Virus record (IMG/VR): IMGVR_UViG_3300020045_015842
Location: 1 to 55,062 of that record
DNA from: a virus
Lineage: Duplodnaviria > Caudoviricetes
DNA length: 55,062 nucleotides
Reading direction: 5' to 3' (one strand)
Shown one piece after another: positions 32,710 through 43,314 of this stretch. Position 1 is the stretch's first letter; each line of letters begins with the position of its first letter. Under the pieces are notes generated by a model. It was not told where the DNA came from. It saw nothing but the letters and a program-made list of their open reading frames with translations, and ran no database searches. The translations under genes and the position numbers were made by a program.

Positions 32710-33522
32710 ATGGCAGATATTAAAAGCTATCAAGTAAGTAAGAATATAATTTTAAATGCAGAAGTGCCAGCTCAAAGTCGCACATATAAGCCAATCTCAA
32801 ATAGGCAATTAATTGATTTAACAATAGAAGGTATTTCTAATTCTGGATTTGAACTAGATAAGGAATATTATTCTTCTGCTAGAGAAGGTAATGTTGCTAT
32901 TGGTAAATATACAATTAAGGGTGTGGAAGATAATGAAATGCAATTACAACTTTTATGGCGCAACAGTTACAATAAAAGCTTGCCAGTTTCATTTAATGTC
33001 TCCTGCATGATCAAGGTGTGTTCCAATGGAATGCTCAAACCACAAGGTTTAGGATCATTTAAGAAAAAGCATCTAGGAGAAGTACAAACTTTTACACCCT
33101 ATGCTATTTCTGAATATATTAAAAATGCTCAAGATACATTTGAACAAATGCAAAAAGAAAGAGAGCAAATGAAACAGATTGAGCTCACAAGAAATATACA
33201 AGCAAAAATCTGTGGAGAAATGTTTGTAGAGCACGAATTTCTTAAATCAACACAATTAAATATTGTAAAAAGAGAATTAGATTGTCCTACACATGATTAT
33301 GGTGATCCTATGAGCCTCTGGTCTATGTTTAATTATAGCACTTATGCGATGAGAGAGATACACCCTTCTCTTTATTTACAGGATCACATAGATGCCTACA
33401 AGTTCTATACACAACAAGCAGGTATTATTCTCTCTGCACCAAAAGAACTTATTCTTCCAGAACCAGAAAGTCCTTTTGTACAATTAGAATTATTTGATGA
33501 ATTATTTACTACATCTGTATAA
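32710..33522 (+). CDS. DUF932-like protein
   Basis: YKPISN, RNSYNKS, VCSNG, KKH, SLWSMFNYST. Confidence 0.7.
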   Translation: MADIKSYQVSKNIILNAEVPAQSRTYKPISNRQLIDLTIEGISNSGFELDKEYYSSAREGNVAIGKYTIKGVEDNEMQLQLLWRNSYNKSLPVSFNVSCMIKVCSNGMLKPQGLGSFKKKHLGEVQTFTPYAISEYIKNAQDTFEQMQKEREQMKQIELTRNIQAKICGEMFVEHEFLKSTQLNIVKRELDCPTHDYGDPMSLWSMFNYSTYAMREIHPSLYLQDHIDAYKFYTQQAGIILSAPKELILPEPESPFVQLELFDELFTTSV

Positions 33523-33526
33523 GAAT

Positions 33527-34120
33527 ATGATAGATAACTTTGAGAAAATTAAGGGATTATTGTCTTTTAATTCTGATGACGAATTTTATTTTATACAGAT
33601 TCTTCAAAGGAAAAAGGATAATCCCGGAAATATACATGGAAGTAATAATTCTAGCAGATTAATAAAAGCATATTATATTGATTCATTTGAAAAATTTGAT
33701 AAACAAAAAGAAGAAATAACTCAACTTGCAACTTTATTTAATGCTAGAGTTGGTATAAATCTAAATAAAAGAAGTTATTATAAAACTGCTTTTAATACTC
33801 TTCAGACAATAGCAAATCAGTTACATAATAAAGAGTTTAAATATATTCATAGAGCATGGAATACATCTTGTGGAGTGCATAATTCTATAGAAGATAAAAT
33901 ATGGATTTTAGATGTGGATGATATTGGGAGAAAATCTAATGATATACTTAGATATATTGAAAAAGACTGTCAACCTATTGGAAGTAAATTTATTGATATT
34001 ATTCCTTCTAAATCTGGATATCATATACTCACAAAAGGATTTGACCTAAGTAAATTTAAAGATGTTTATCCAGATATAGAAATACATAAAAATAATCCTA
34101 CAAATCTTTATATACCTTAA
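33527..34120 (+). CDS. conserved-looking phage protein with AEP-like motifs
   Basis: WILDVD and PSKSGYH. Confidence 0.5.
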   Translation: MIDNFEKIKGLLSFNSDDEFYFIQILQRKKDNPGNIHGSNNSSRLIKAYYIDSFEKFDKQKEEITQLATLFNARVGINLNKRSYYKTAFNTLQTIANQLHNKEFKYIHRAWNTSCGVHNSIEDKIWILDVDDIGRKSNDILRYIEKDCQPIGSKFIDIIPSKSGYHILTKGFDLSKFKDVYPDIEIHKNNPTNLYIP

Positions 34121-34345
34121 TAATGAGGAAAATAATAATTGAAATATCTGGAGGAAATGTTCAAGAAATATATTCTACAGAAAAAGAAAATGATGCTGTT
34201 TCTATATATGTAATTGATTGGGATAATATTAATGCTGGAGAAGTAGATGGTATTAATGAATTCTCAATGTGTTATCTTCCTCCTTCTGAAATTGGTTTAC
34301 TAATTGAAGAAGCAAATGGGGATATAAGAAAGAATAGGGATAAAT

Positions 34346-35065
34346 ATGAGTAATTTGAAATGGGAAACATTTGAAGAAAAGTTAGGTAGTTGGGGTAGAA
34401 AAATCTATCCCTTCTATCTAGCTAATGGATTTGATTCTATATATGTACATTTAAAGAATTCTTCAAGAAAGGGAATTAAAATTTTACCAGATTCTAAGAA
34501 TGTTTTTCGATGTTTTGAAGAGTGCCCTATAGAAGAAATGAAATGTGTTATTGTCATAGATCACCCATATAGCATTCTTCTTAATAATGTGTCTGTTGCA
34601 GACGGTCTTGCCCTTAGTTGTGGAATTACAAATTATCCACAACCTGAACTTGATCAATTCTTTTCTGCATTAGAACAAGAATTTGATAATGGATTGTGTC
34701 TTCCTTGTATTAAAAATCCTGATTTAAGCTATTTAGCACAACAAGGCATACTTTTGCTAAATTGCTCCTTAACTGTTGAGCATTTAAAGCCTAATAGCCA
34801 TTCTGCTATCTGGAAACCATTTATGCAATATTTATTTGAAGAAATATTAGATGTACATGGAATTCCAATTGTATTAATAGGAAAAAAAAGTTGGAAATTA
34901 GAAAAATTTATCACTCCATTTAATACAATATTTAAATTACCTTCTATAGAAGCAAATAAAGATTGGGATAGTAATGGGGTATTTACTGAAATCAATAAAA
35001 TCTTAAAAAGAAAATTTAATGAAAAAATCAACTGGTTTGATGAAAGCCAAGAAGCTCCCTTCTAA
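34346..35065 (+). CDS. ung: family-1 uracil-DNA glycosylase homologue with altered catalytic motifs
   Basis: VFRCFEECP, KCVIVIDHPY, ADGLALS, DLSYLAQQGILLLNCSLTV, SH..IW..F. Confidence 0.8.
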   Translation: MSNLKWETFEEKLGSWGRKIYPFYLANGFDSIYVHLKNSSRKGIKILPDSKNVFRCFEECPIEEMKCVIVIDHPYSILLNNVSVADGLALSCGITNYPQPELDQFFSALEQEFDNGLCLPCIKNPDLSYLAQQGILLLNCSLTVEHLKPNSHSAIWKPFMQYLFEEILDVHGIPIVLIGKKSWKLEKFITPFNTIFKLPSIEANKDWDSNGVFTEINKILKRKFNEKINWFDESQEAPF

Positions 35066-35432
35066 AATACCTAAAGAAAAAGTAGTAAAACCTTTTGCAG
35101 ATGGTACATTAACTAATTCTGCTTTCTTTGGAATGTTAAGAAGTGCATTAAGGCAAAAATCACGTTTTTATCATTCTATAAAGGTAGCTAGAGAAAGGTC
35201 AAGAGTTCCTTATACAGGAATTAATAAACGTAGAAAATGGATGTATAAGTGCGAAATCTGTAATCAATTATATAGTGGAGATGACATAAATATCCACCAT
35301 CGTTTTGAGTGTGGAACTTTAACTTCTTTTGAAGACTTGGCAGGTTTTACTCAAAGATTATTTTGTGATAGTAAAGATTTAATTGTAGCTTGTAATACAT
35401 GTCATGATAAAATCCATAATAAAAATCAATAA
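35019..35432 (+). CDS. HNH endonuclease
   Basis: CEIC..NIHH..LIVACNTCH. Confidence 0.8.
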   Translation: MKKSTGLMKAKKLPSKIPKEKVVKPFADGTLTNSAFFGMLRSALRQKSRFYHSIKVARERSRVPYTGINKRRKWMYKCEICNQLYSGDDINIHHRFECGTLTSFEDLAGFTQRLFCDSKDLIVACNTCHDKIHNKNQ

Positions 35433-35665
35433 ATGAAAAAAGCATTTTTAGTAAGTTTTACACCAATGACAAGAGTTGTTGTTGATGTACCAGATAATTT
35501 TTTAGAAGATGATCTTGAGTTACAAGATGAGTATACATGGGCTAAAGTAGTTAGTGCTGCTAGAGAGCAGATAATTGAGAATGGTGTAGATGATTATTTG
35601 AATGGTGATACTATTGATGAAATTAGGCTTGATGAAGAATTACCTTACCCACAAGAATTTGATGT

Positions 35666-36007
35666 ATGAAAAGAGAAGTATTTGATAAAATTGTAGAAGA
35701 TAGAATAATTTCTATTAGAAGTGGTTTATTAATGAAAGGTGTTGAATATCAGCGAGATGAGGATGTACTTCATAATTTTGAAAGAGGAAGTAATATTACA
35801 GGGGAAATTAGAGAAAAAATTATTTGGAATTTTGCTCTTAAACACTATATATCAATTTTAGATATGATAGATGATATTGCAAATAATAAAATACCTACTA
35901 CAAAATATGTAGAAGAGAAGCTGGGGGATCTCATAAATTACAGTATATTACTTGAAGCAGCTATAAAAGAAAGAATAAAAATGAGAGAAATAGCAACAGT
36001 TAAATAA
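35666..36007 (+). CDS. small all-alpha nucleotide-metabolism-associated protein (DUF1599-like)
   Basis: KGVEY..DVLHNF..KH..GDLINY. Confidence 0.5.
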   Translation: MKREVFDKIVEDRIISIRSGLLMKGVEYQRDEDVLHNFERGSNITGEIREKIIWNFALKHYISILDMIDDIANNKIPTTKYVEEKLGDLINYSILLEAAIKERIKMREIATVK

Positions 36008-37132
36008 CAAAATATGGCATATAGAAATAAAAATTTAGAAAAAGCAATTGAACTTCTTTCTGTAACACAATCCTTTCTACAGAATTCTCCTAACAAAGGA
36101 ACAAGAAATGATAAATACAGAACAACATATGAATTAGCACAAGTGATTGATAGTTTTATTAAATCTGTAGAGAAATGATTTATAATAATGATATTGACCC
36201 GAATGTGAGAATGTGGGAAAAACAAAATAAAATTGATATTAAAATGAAAAAAGACAAATCAATTATTTATGAGAATTGGAGTACAGCAGAATTATTTCAT
36301 TATTTAATGGATAATGATGTAATTGATGTTGATGAAGATTTTGAGAATTGGAAAGGTAGAAGAAATGAACTTATTAATTTAGCTAAAGGAATATGAAAGC
36401 AATAATTGAAATTGGAGAAGATGGTTTATCTAGTATTGAGTTTCTAGAAAATGATGAAAAAATGGAATGGCAAAATATGACAAAATATGAACAATACAAA
36501 ATATTGAATTCACTTATGTCATTTTATCAATTATTTAATAAATTTAAGAAAGAAGAATAATATGGGAAAAATAGAAATTATTGGAAATACAGATTTAGCA
36601 TTTGAAACAGAAAATATTGCTTATCAATTATCTGCTCTTCTAGATATAAATACTTGGAAATACAGTTATGTTTCTTTAGATTTTATTAAGGATTATGGAA
36701 TGACACATGAAAAACATATAGAAAATTGGGACAATGAAGATTTTCTCATTGAAACATTATATGAAAAAGTACTTTTACCTTGGTGTGTAGATAAAACAAT
36801 TCCTTCTCCAGAAGAATTTGCAGCATTATTAAAAATTGATGGTGTAAGGCTAGAAGATTTTGAAGGAATATATGAATTATTTAATAAAGCAATAGAATTA
36901 AAATTCTTTGAAAAATAACAACTATGGAAGAAACTAAAGTATTATGGCAATTATATGCACAAGATATAGAAGAATTATGGAAATTTCCTCTTTCTATAAA
37001 AGAAGAGCAGATTAGAAAATATTTTGATAAGTTTATGGATAGTAATGAGGAATCTCTTGAAGATTTTATGGCAATTATTTATCCAGAAATAGATTGTGAA
37101 AGAGTGTTTGTAAACGAAATTTGGTTATAATT

Positions 37133-38203
37133 ATGACAATACAAGGAATGCCTAGAACAGAAGAATCAATTTATAGAGCCCTAGATAAGGATAGCTCTAG
37201 TAGTTTAAAAGTTTTTGCAGATAACAGGCGAAAATATGTGAAAATTTTCATTGATAAATTAAAAGATGAAGATGATGAAAATAGTGATGATAATGGTGCT
37301 ATTAGAAGAGGCAAGATTGTAGAATTATTACTTTTAGAACCAGACTTATTTGATTCTAAATTTTATCTAAGTGCTTGTGCTAAAGCCCCAACAGGGATTG
37401 GACTTGCATTTGTCAATGCTCTGTATAAGTATACTATTGAGGCTATGAATGAATCTGGTGAAATCACTAGAAGCTTTGAAGATATTTCTAGAGATGCTTA
37501 TAGAGACTCTGGGTATAAATTAGCTTATGAAGGTATCATTAGTAAGTTTATTGGTAGTGATAGTGAGATATACTATAATGAACTTCTTAATGTAAAAGTA
37601 AATAATCTCATAGTTATTACAGCTTTTGATGTCACAATGGCAGAAAAAATTGTAGAACAATTAAAATCTTCATTTGTAACAAGAGATATTGTAAACTTAG
37701 AAAGTAGTGAAAATTTTACTGTAATGAATCAATTACAAATTGATAGTTATACCATTGATGGGCTCCCTATGAAGTCGATGATAGATCTTGTGATTTGTGA
37801 TAATGTTAATAAAACAATTTCACCAATCGACCTTAAATGCACGTGGACTGTAGAAGGATTTTATGATTCTTATTACCTATACAGGAAAGCATATATTCAA
37901 GCTTTTGTATATTACAGAGCTTGTTTATCATTATGTCTTGATCCAGAAAGTGAATTTTATGGCTACACTGTAGAACCAACTAAATTTATTGTATGTGATA
38001 GTGGGGCATTTTATGAACCATTAATTTATTCTCTTACAATAGATGATTTAAATGATGCTTATACAGGATTTGAATATAAAGGAAGAACTTATAAAGGAGT
38101 AAATCAAATTATCAATGAGCTTCAATGGTGCTTGGAGACAAATTGCTGGAATATTTCTAAAAATAATTATTTAAATAGAGGAATTGTATCATTAAAATCT
38201 TAA
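37133..38203 (+). CDS. PD-(D/E)xK exonuclease (RecE/Cas4-like)
   Basis: SSSSLK, KSMIDLVI, IDLK, YIQAFVY. Confidence 0.8.
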   Translation: MTIQGMPRTEESIYRALDKDSSSSLKVFADNRRKYVKIFIDKLKDEDDENSDDNGAIRRGKIVELLLLEPDLFDSKFYLSACAKAPTGIGLAFVNALYKYTIEAMNESGEITRSFEDISRDAYRDSGYKLAYEGIISKFIGSDSEIYYNELLNVKVNNLIVITAFDVTMAEKIVEQLKSSFVTRDIVNLESSENFTVMNQLQIDSYTIDGLPMKSMIDLVICDNVNKTISPIDLKCTWTVEGFYDSYYLYRKAYIQAFVYYRACLSLCLDPESEFYGYTVEPTKFIVCDSGAFYEPLIYSLTIDDLNDAYTGFEYKGRTYKGVNQIINELQWCLETNCWNISKNNYLNRGIVSLKS

Positions 38204-38664
38204 TATGGAAGATATAGATCAATTATTAGAGGATTGGCAAGTACAAGAAATAGACTATGAAGATTTAAGAGATAGAGAGGGAGCAGATGTAGCTAATTAT
38301 TTGCGAGATTGGTATACTGTTTCAAATACACGTGGTATTATTGCTTATTTTGGAAGTGAATCAGATGCTCTTAGATTTAGACTAGGGGAAATTAATAGAA
38401 GATTAAATGGATAATATATGAGAATAATAAATATATTAGAATTAGTAAATGGTGTTCCTCAACAAATACAAAGTTTTCCTATATATGAGGAACAGCTTGT
38501 TCAGGATGTAGTAGATGAGGCTAAAAAATTATATATAGAAATGATAAAATATCATGATCCTAATATATCTGAAGAAGATATTGAATTTTATTTAGATGAA
38601 GAATCATATGATAATGAAATGGGTAAAGAGTTATTTATAATTTGGTCAGATATAAACGAATAAT

Positions 38665-39225
38665 ATGGGAGAAGAAAAAAATATAATAACACCTACAATA
38701 ACAAATCTATTCCTTGTTCCTACAATAGGAGTAAATAGAGAAGCATTAAGAGAAAATAACTTTATTAATGCCTATATAGAGGATGGTAGTTTAGAAATTC
38801 AATATCCTGATTGTATTTATCTTTTATTTAGAGTGGAGAATAAGGCAAAATTCAGAAAATTTCTTGATGAAGAAAGAGACAGAACACAATCTCTAATAGA
38901 AGACTATGATTATTCTGATGGCTATACAGTGGTAGTATATGCTCTGGATATGAAATGGTATGAGGATTTTGAAATAATTAAAACAGGGAAATATTCTCAA
39001 ACTTCTAAGAATTTTCAAGCATTATTCCCAAGAGTAACAAAAATAAAAATTGATGGAAAGCATAGAGATGAACTTTGTCTTCAATTTAGAATCTTTAATA
39101 AAACTCAAGATTTAATAGATCATTGGGAAAATAAATTCAATATAACTTTTGGTGAAGATGATGAAGTTTGGGATGGATGGCGAATTGATAATGAAATACT
39201 AAAAATTGAAGAACATGTCAAATGA
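38665..39225 (+). CDS. hypothetical protein
   Basis: ORF track. Confidence 0.7.
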   Translation: MGEEKNIITPTITNLFLVPTIGVNREALRENNFINAYIEDGSLEIQYPDCIYLLFRVENKAKFRKFLDEERDRTQSLIEDYDYSDGYTVVVYALDMKWYEDFEIIKTGKYSQTSKNFQALFPRVTKIKIDGKHRDELCLQFRIFNKTQDLIDHWENKFNITFGEDDEVWDGWRIDNEILKIEEHVK

Positions 39226-39502
39226 AGATTTATATAAAGAAATGTCTAAAATTTATAAACTACCAGAAATGTTAGTGTTCTGCAGAATGGCAGCATTAAT
39301 GTATAGTATTCTATGGAAAAACGAAGATGAGAGTAATAGGTTTCAACCTATAGAATTTCATTATGATGCTACGTGGTGGAGTAAGAAATATTTAGAATTA
39401 ATGGATGAAGGATGTTAGATAACATACAAAGAAATAATGGATAATAGAAAAATACTAATTATCTTTGTTAGTGTTGTTAATAATTCTTGTTAGAATGTAA
39501 TT

Positions 39503-39538
39503 TAGAAAGCTCTTATAGTAATATAGGGGCTTTCTTTT
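39503..39538 (+). terminator. hairpin plus T-run just upstream of recA
   Basis: AGAAAGCTCTTATA-GTAA-TATAGGGGCTTTCT then TTT. Confidence 0.55.
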
Positions 39539-39564
39539 ACTAATTAAAAAAATTAAAATATAAT

Positions 39565-41427
39565 ATGGCCAAAAAAGTAAAGGAAGAAAAACAGGGTATA
39601 GATGCAGTATTAGAAGCCTTAGAAAATAAGTATGGTATGCAAAGAGCACCATTAACTGATATGACAATTGTAAGTACAGGGAGTATTCAATTGAATAGAG
39701 CTATGGGTATTGGTGGTACTGCTCTAGGGAAGATAATAGAGCTTCATGGTGAAGAAAGTTGTCTTTCTGGAGAGACATTCATTAGTTATGATGTATTTAA
39801 AAATGGTAAATGTATAAATAGTAAAGGGGGAACACTTTTACGTTTATGGGAAAGATTTAATAAAATTGTATATAAAAAACCGGGATGGCAATTTATAGAT
39901 TATGATGTTGATTATTTTGTAAAATCAAAAGATGAAAATAATGTAATTATTGGAAATAAAGTTTTAGCTGTAATAAAAACAGGAATAAAACCTGTATATA
40001 AACTTACTACAAAATCAGGTTTTGAAATAAAGACAACAGAAGATCATAAATTTTGTACTCTTAATGATGTATATGTAGAGTTAAAGGATTTAAAAATTGG
40101 AGATATTATTGTTACTCACCCAAATAAAAGAGTACATGGAAGAAAGAAAAATATTTGGAGAAAGGATGTAATGGTAAAAAATTATCCAAATAACAGAATA
40201 AAAATAGTTACAGAAAAAGCAACAGGAATTGAATATAAGTATAAAAGATTTCCTTTATCTCATCTTTATTACGAAGCTTATCTGAATAATTTGGCTATAG
40301 AAAATTGGAGAAATATTTTAAATTCTGATAATCCTAATTTCTCTGAGTATAAATTTATTCCTAAAGGATTTGAGATACATCATAAAGATGAAATACCTAC
40401 AAATAATTCAATAGATAATTTAGTACTATTAACTGCTTCTGATCATGGTAAATTACATGCTAAAGAAAGAATAAAAAATTTATCTTTTATTACAGATACA
40501 GATGAAATTATTTCAATTGAGTATTCTGGAGAAGAGGATACTTTTGATATTAAATGTGGCGATCCCTATCATAATTTTGTAGCTAATAAAATAGTAGTTC
40601 ATAATTGTGGAAAAACGACCTGTTCGTTGCATCAGATGGCTGAGTACCAAAAAGCTTTCCCAAATAAAAAAGTTGCTCTGTTAGATTTTGAAAACTCATT
40701 TGACAAAAAATATGCAGAAGCTATAGGGGTAGATGTTAGTAAGCTATTAATCTATCAGCCTGATAATCAAGAAATTGGCTATAATATGGCTATATCTTTA
40801 ATAGAAAAAGATATAGTTTCTTGTATTGTAATAGATAGTCAAAGTGCTGCTGCTCCCAAAGCAATTATTGATGGTGAAATGGGAGATAGTACTATTGGGT
40901 TACAAGCAAGAAATAATAGTAAATTTTGTATGAAAGTAAAGGGGCTTTTAAATATACATCAAGCAACTTTATTTATAATCTCACAAACAAGAAGTAATAT
41001 TGGTGGATATGATCCCACTGTAATTACAGGAGGTAAAGCTTTTAAATTTTATGCTGATGCTAGATGGAAAGTATGGAAAATGAATGATAAAGAACATGAA
41101 TTAAATAAAACTACTATTGATGTTATAAAAAATAAAATGGGAAATCCTTTTGGTCAAGCAAAAATAAATATTTTGTGGGGAATTGGATTTGATAAGATTG
41201 GGGAAATAGTAGAATATGCTTGTGATTTTAAAATAATCCAAAAGGGTGCTGCAGGATGGTTTACAATTGAGGGTCAAAAAGTTCAAGGATTAGAAAAAAT
41301 GAGAGAATTATTAAATGATAATCCTGAATTGTTTGATGAAATAGAAAGAAAAGTATTTGAACAATTATCTGCTGTACCAGAAGAACTAGATTTAGAAACA
41401 ATTATTGAACCAGAAGGAAATGAATAA
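39565..41427 (+). CDS. recA: RecA recombinase containing an intein (338 aa after splicing)
   Basis: STGSIQL..GIGG..GKIIELHGEES|CGKTT, DFEN, IVIDS, GLQAR, ISQTR, GGKAFKFYA, KNK. Confidence 0.95.
   Translation: MAKKVKEEKQGIDAVLEALENKYGMQRAPLTDMTIVSTGSIQLNRAMGIGGTALGKIIELHGEESCLSGETFISYDVFKNGKCINSKGGTLLRLWERFNKIVYKKPGWQFIDYDVDYFVKSKDENNVIIGNKVLAVIKTGIKPVYKLTTKSGFEIKTTEDHKFCTLNDVYVELKDLKIGDIIVTHPNKRVHGRKKNIWRKDVMVKNYPNNRIKIVTEKATGIEYKYKRFPLSHLYYEAYLNNLAIENWRNILNSDNPNFSEYKFIPKGFEIHHKDEIPTNNSIDNLVLLTASDHGKLHAKERIKNLSFITDTDEIISIEYSGEEDTFDIKCGDPYHNFVANKIVVHNCGKTTCSLHQMAEYQKAFPNKKVALLDFENSFDKKYAEAIGVDVSKLLIYQPDNQEIGYNMAISLIEKDIVSCIVIDSQSAAAPKAIIDGEMGDSTIGLQARNNSKFCMKVKGLLNIHQATLFIISQTRSNIGGYDPTVITGGKAFKFYADARWKVWKMNDKEHELNKTTIDVIKNKMGNPFGQAKINILWGIGFDKIGEIVEYACDFKIIQKGAAGWFTIEGQKVQGLEKMRELLNDNPELFDEIERKVFEQLSAVPEELDLETIIEPEGNE
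39760..40605 (+). mobile_element. 282-aa intein with HNH endonuclease
   Basis: Block A CLSGET, block B TTEDHKF, block F TFDI..HNFVAN, block G VVHN|C; HHKDEIPTNNSIDNL..H..LH. Confidence 0.95.
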
Positions 41428-41848
41428 AAGACTTGAAATAGCAATTGATTTTGATGGAACATGTACTACACATGAGTTCCCTAGAGTAGGTAAGGATATT
41501 GGTGCTGTTCCTTTAAAGAAATTAGTAAATGCAGGACATAAACTAATTTTATTTACTATGAGAAGTGATAGACCTGAATTTAATGAAACTAATAATCCTG
41601 AAATTGAAGATGTAGTAGGAATGTTTCTTACAGATGCTGTAAATTGGTTTAAGGATAATGATATTCCTTTATATGGAATACAGCAAAATCCTCAACAAGG
41701 TTGGACTACTTCTCCAAAATGTTATGCACATCTTTATATAGATGATGCTGCACTAGGGTGTCCTTTAAAATTTACAGAATTATCCTCAAGACCATATGTA
41801 GATTGGGAAAAAGTAGACAAGCTATTAACAGGAGATTTGTATGAATAA
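41420..41848 (+). CDS. HAD-superfamily phosphatase-like protein
   Basis: IAIDFDGT, LFTMR, K..YIDD. Confidence 0.8.
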   Translation: MNKRLEIAIDFDGTCTTHEFPRVGKDIGAVPLKKLVNAGHKLILFTMRSDRPEFNETNNPEIEDVVGMFLTDAVNWFKDNDIPLYGIQQNPQQGWTTSPKCYAHLYIDDAALGCPLKFTELSSRPYVDWEKVDKLLTGDLYE

Positions 41849-42308
41849 TCCTATAGAATATATAGAGAAATGTACATTAGAGGATTTATTAAAATTTAGA
41901 GAGGGTACTGTTTCTATAGAAGGGGTTAATAGTACAAGATGGGAAGATTTGGTTTATATTGCTTATGAGTTTATTGGTTATGCGGAATGGAAAATTGCTA
42001 AAGATTTTAATATATCAGAAGCAACTATTCGTGTACAATTAAGAAGAACAAGAGAAAGATATAATATTTCTTCAGACAAGATTGATGATTTAATGCGAGA
42101 AATATGTTATTGGAAATATAAACAATTAGGACTTTCTACAAATAAAGAAATAATTCAATATACAATAGAAGGAAAAGAAGTGGAAAGATATAAAAATATT
42201 AAACAAGCTTCTGAATTAACAGGATTTCATAAAAGTGGAATTGGTAATTGTATTAATGGAAGACAACAAACAGCTAATAATTATAAATGGAAATTAGCAA
42301 ATGAATAA
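41841..42308 (+). CDS. HTH plus NUMOD1-domain DNA-binding protein
   Basis: IAKDFNISEATIR; IIQYTIEGKEVERYKNIKQASELTG..ANNYKW. Confidence 0.7.
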   Translation: MNNPIEYIEKCTLEDLLKFREGTVSIEGVNSTRWEDLVYIAYEFIGYAEWKIAKDFNISEATIRVQLRRTRERYNISSDKIDDLMREICYWKYKQLGLSTNKEIIQYTIEGKEVERYKNIKQASELTGFHKSGIGNCINGRQQTANNYKWKLANE

Positions 42309-42726
42309 TTGTAAAACTTGTGGAGCTAGATGTGAGAAAGAATATTGTTTCAAGCATTCAAGAAAGAAGCCTTTAAAAACATCTTCTCTAAAAAAGAAAT
42401 CTAATAGGGATATTATAACAAATTCTGGAGTTCCTAATGGAGAAGGAATTTATAATAATATTAAAATGAAAGACTTTTTTTTAGAAGTTTGGAATACTTT
42501 ACCACATATTTGTATTGTAACAGGAGAGAAAATATATGGTGAATGTAAGTCTATCTACCTTCACCATATATTGCCGAAAAAGAAGTTTCCACAAGCACAA
42601 TACGATCCAGAAAATATTGCTATTTTACTTCCAGACATTCATGGTAATGTAGAAAATGATATATACAGATATGAAATTATTAATGAAAAAAGAGAATTAT
42701 TATTAACTAAATACAATTTAAAATGA
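42301..42726 (+). CDS. HNH-like nuclease
   Basis: CIVTG..HHILPK..ENI..H. Confidence 0.6.
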   Translation: MNNCKTCGARCEKEYCFKHSRKKPLKTSSLKKKSNRDIITNSGVPNGEGIYNNIKMKDFFLEVWNTLPHICIVTGEKIYGECKSIYLHHILPKKKFPQAQYDPENIAILLPDIHGNVENDIYRYEIINEKRELLLTKYNLK

Positions 42727-43020
42727 AACACATGTTTTTTTATAGTAGAGTACAACCAGTAGAGGATCAAGAAGGCCAATTTAAGACGTTTACAGACTCT
42801 CTAAACATTGAAAAAATCATCAGAACCATTTCAATGGATGATGGCAAATTATTGATCCTAATGGATGATTTACACAGAAGAAATCAACAAGTGCCTGTAA
42901 CAAATAAACAAGGAAAAATTACAGCTTATAAAAATGTAGAAGATACTTTTCAATCAGAAATTACATTAGAAATTGCAGATGTAGAAAGATTTAAAAAACT
43001 CACTAATATTGAAGAATAAT

Positions 43021-43314
43021 ATGACAAAACCATTTAAAAAATTATTAGGGAATAGAGTGTATTTAAATATGCCTACAATTGCAGAGAGTAATATTATTCT
43101 TTCTGAAGAAGTAAAGAAATCTATTATTGCTTCAGAGCAGGATAAATTTCAGAAATTAAAAGTATATGCTAAAGGAGATTTGGTTACTATTGTTGAAGAA
43201 GGTGATGAAGTATTAGTACATCCCGGAATTTTAGCTAATGCTTTAGTAGTTCCTCTGAATAAGGAAATTAGTGTTATTTTAGTTAATAGTCTGGATATTA
43301 TACAAGTATGGTAG
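43021..43314 (+). CDS. GroES-like co-chaperonin
   Basis: KLLGNRVYL..IIL..KVYAKG..EGDEVL..DII, size ~97 aa. Confidence 0.65.
   Translation: MTKPFKKLLGNRVYLNMPTIAESNIILSEEVKKSIIASEQDKFQKLKVYAKGDLVTIVEEGDEVLVHPGILANALVVPLNKEISVILVNSLDIIQVW

Noticed and set aside
2346-41286. Short minus-strand ORFs in the left unit (e.g. 2827, 9243, 15501, 20332, 26202, 34729)
   Set aside because: Antisense shadows of well-supported + strand genes
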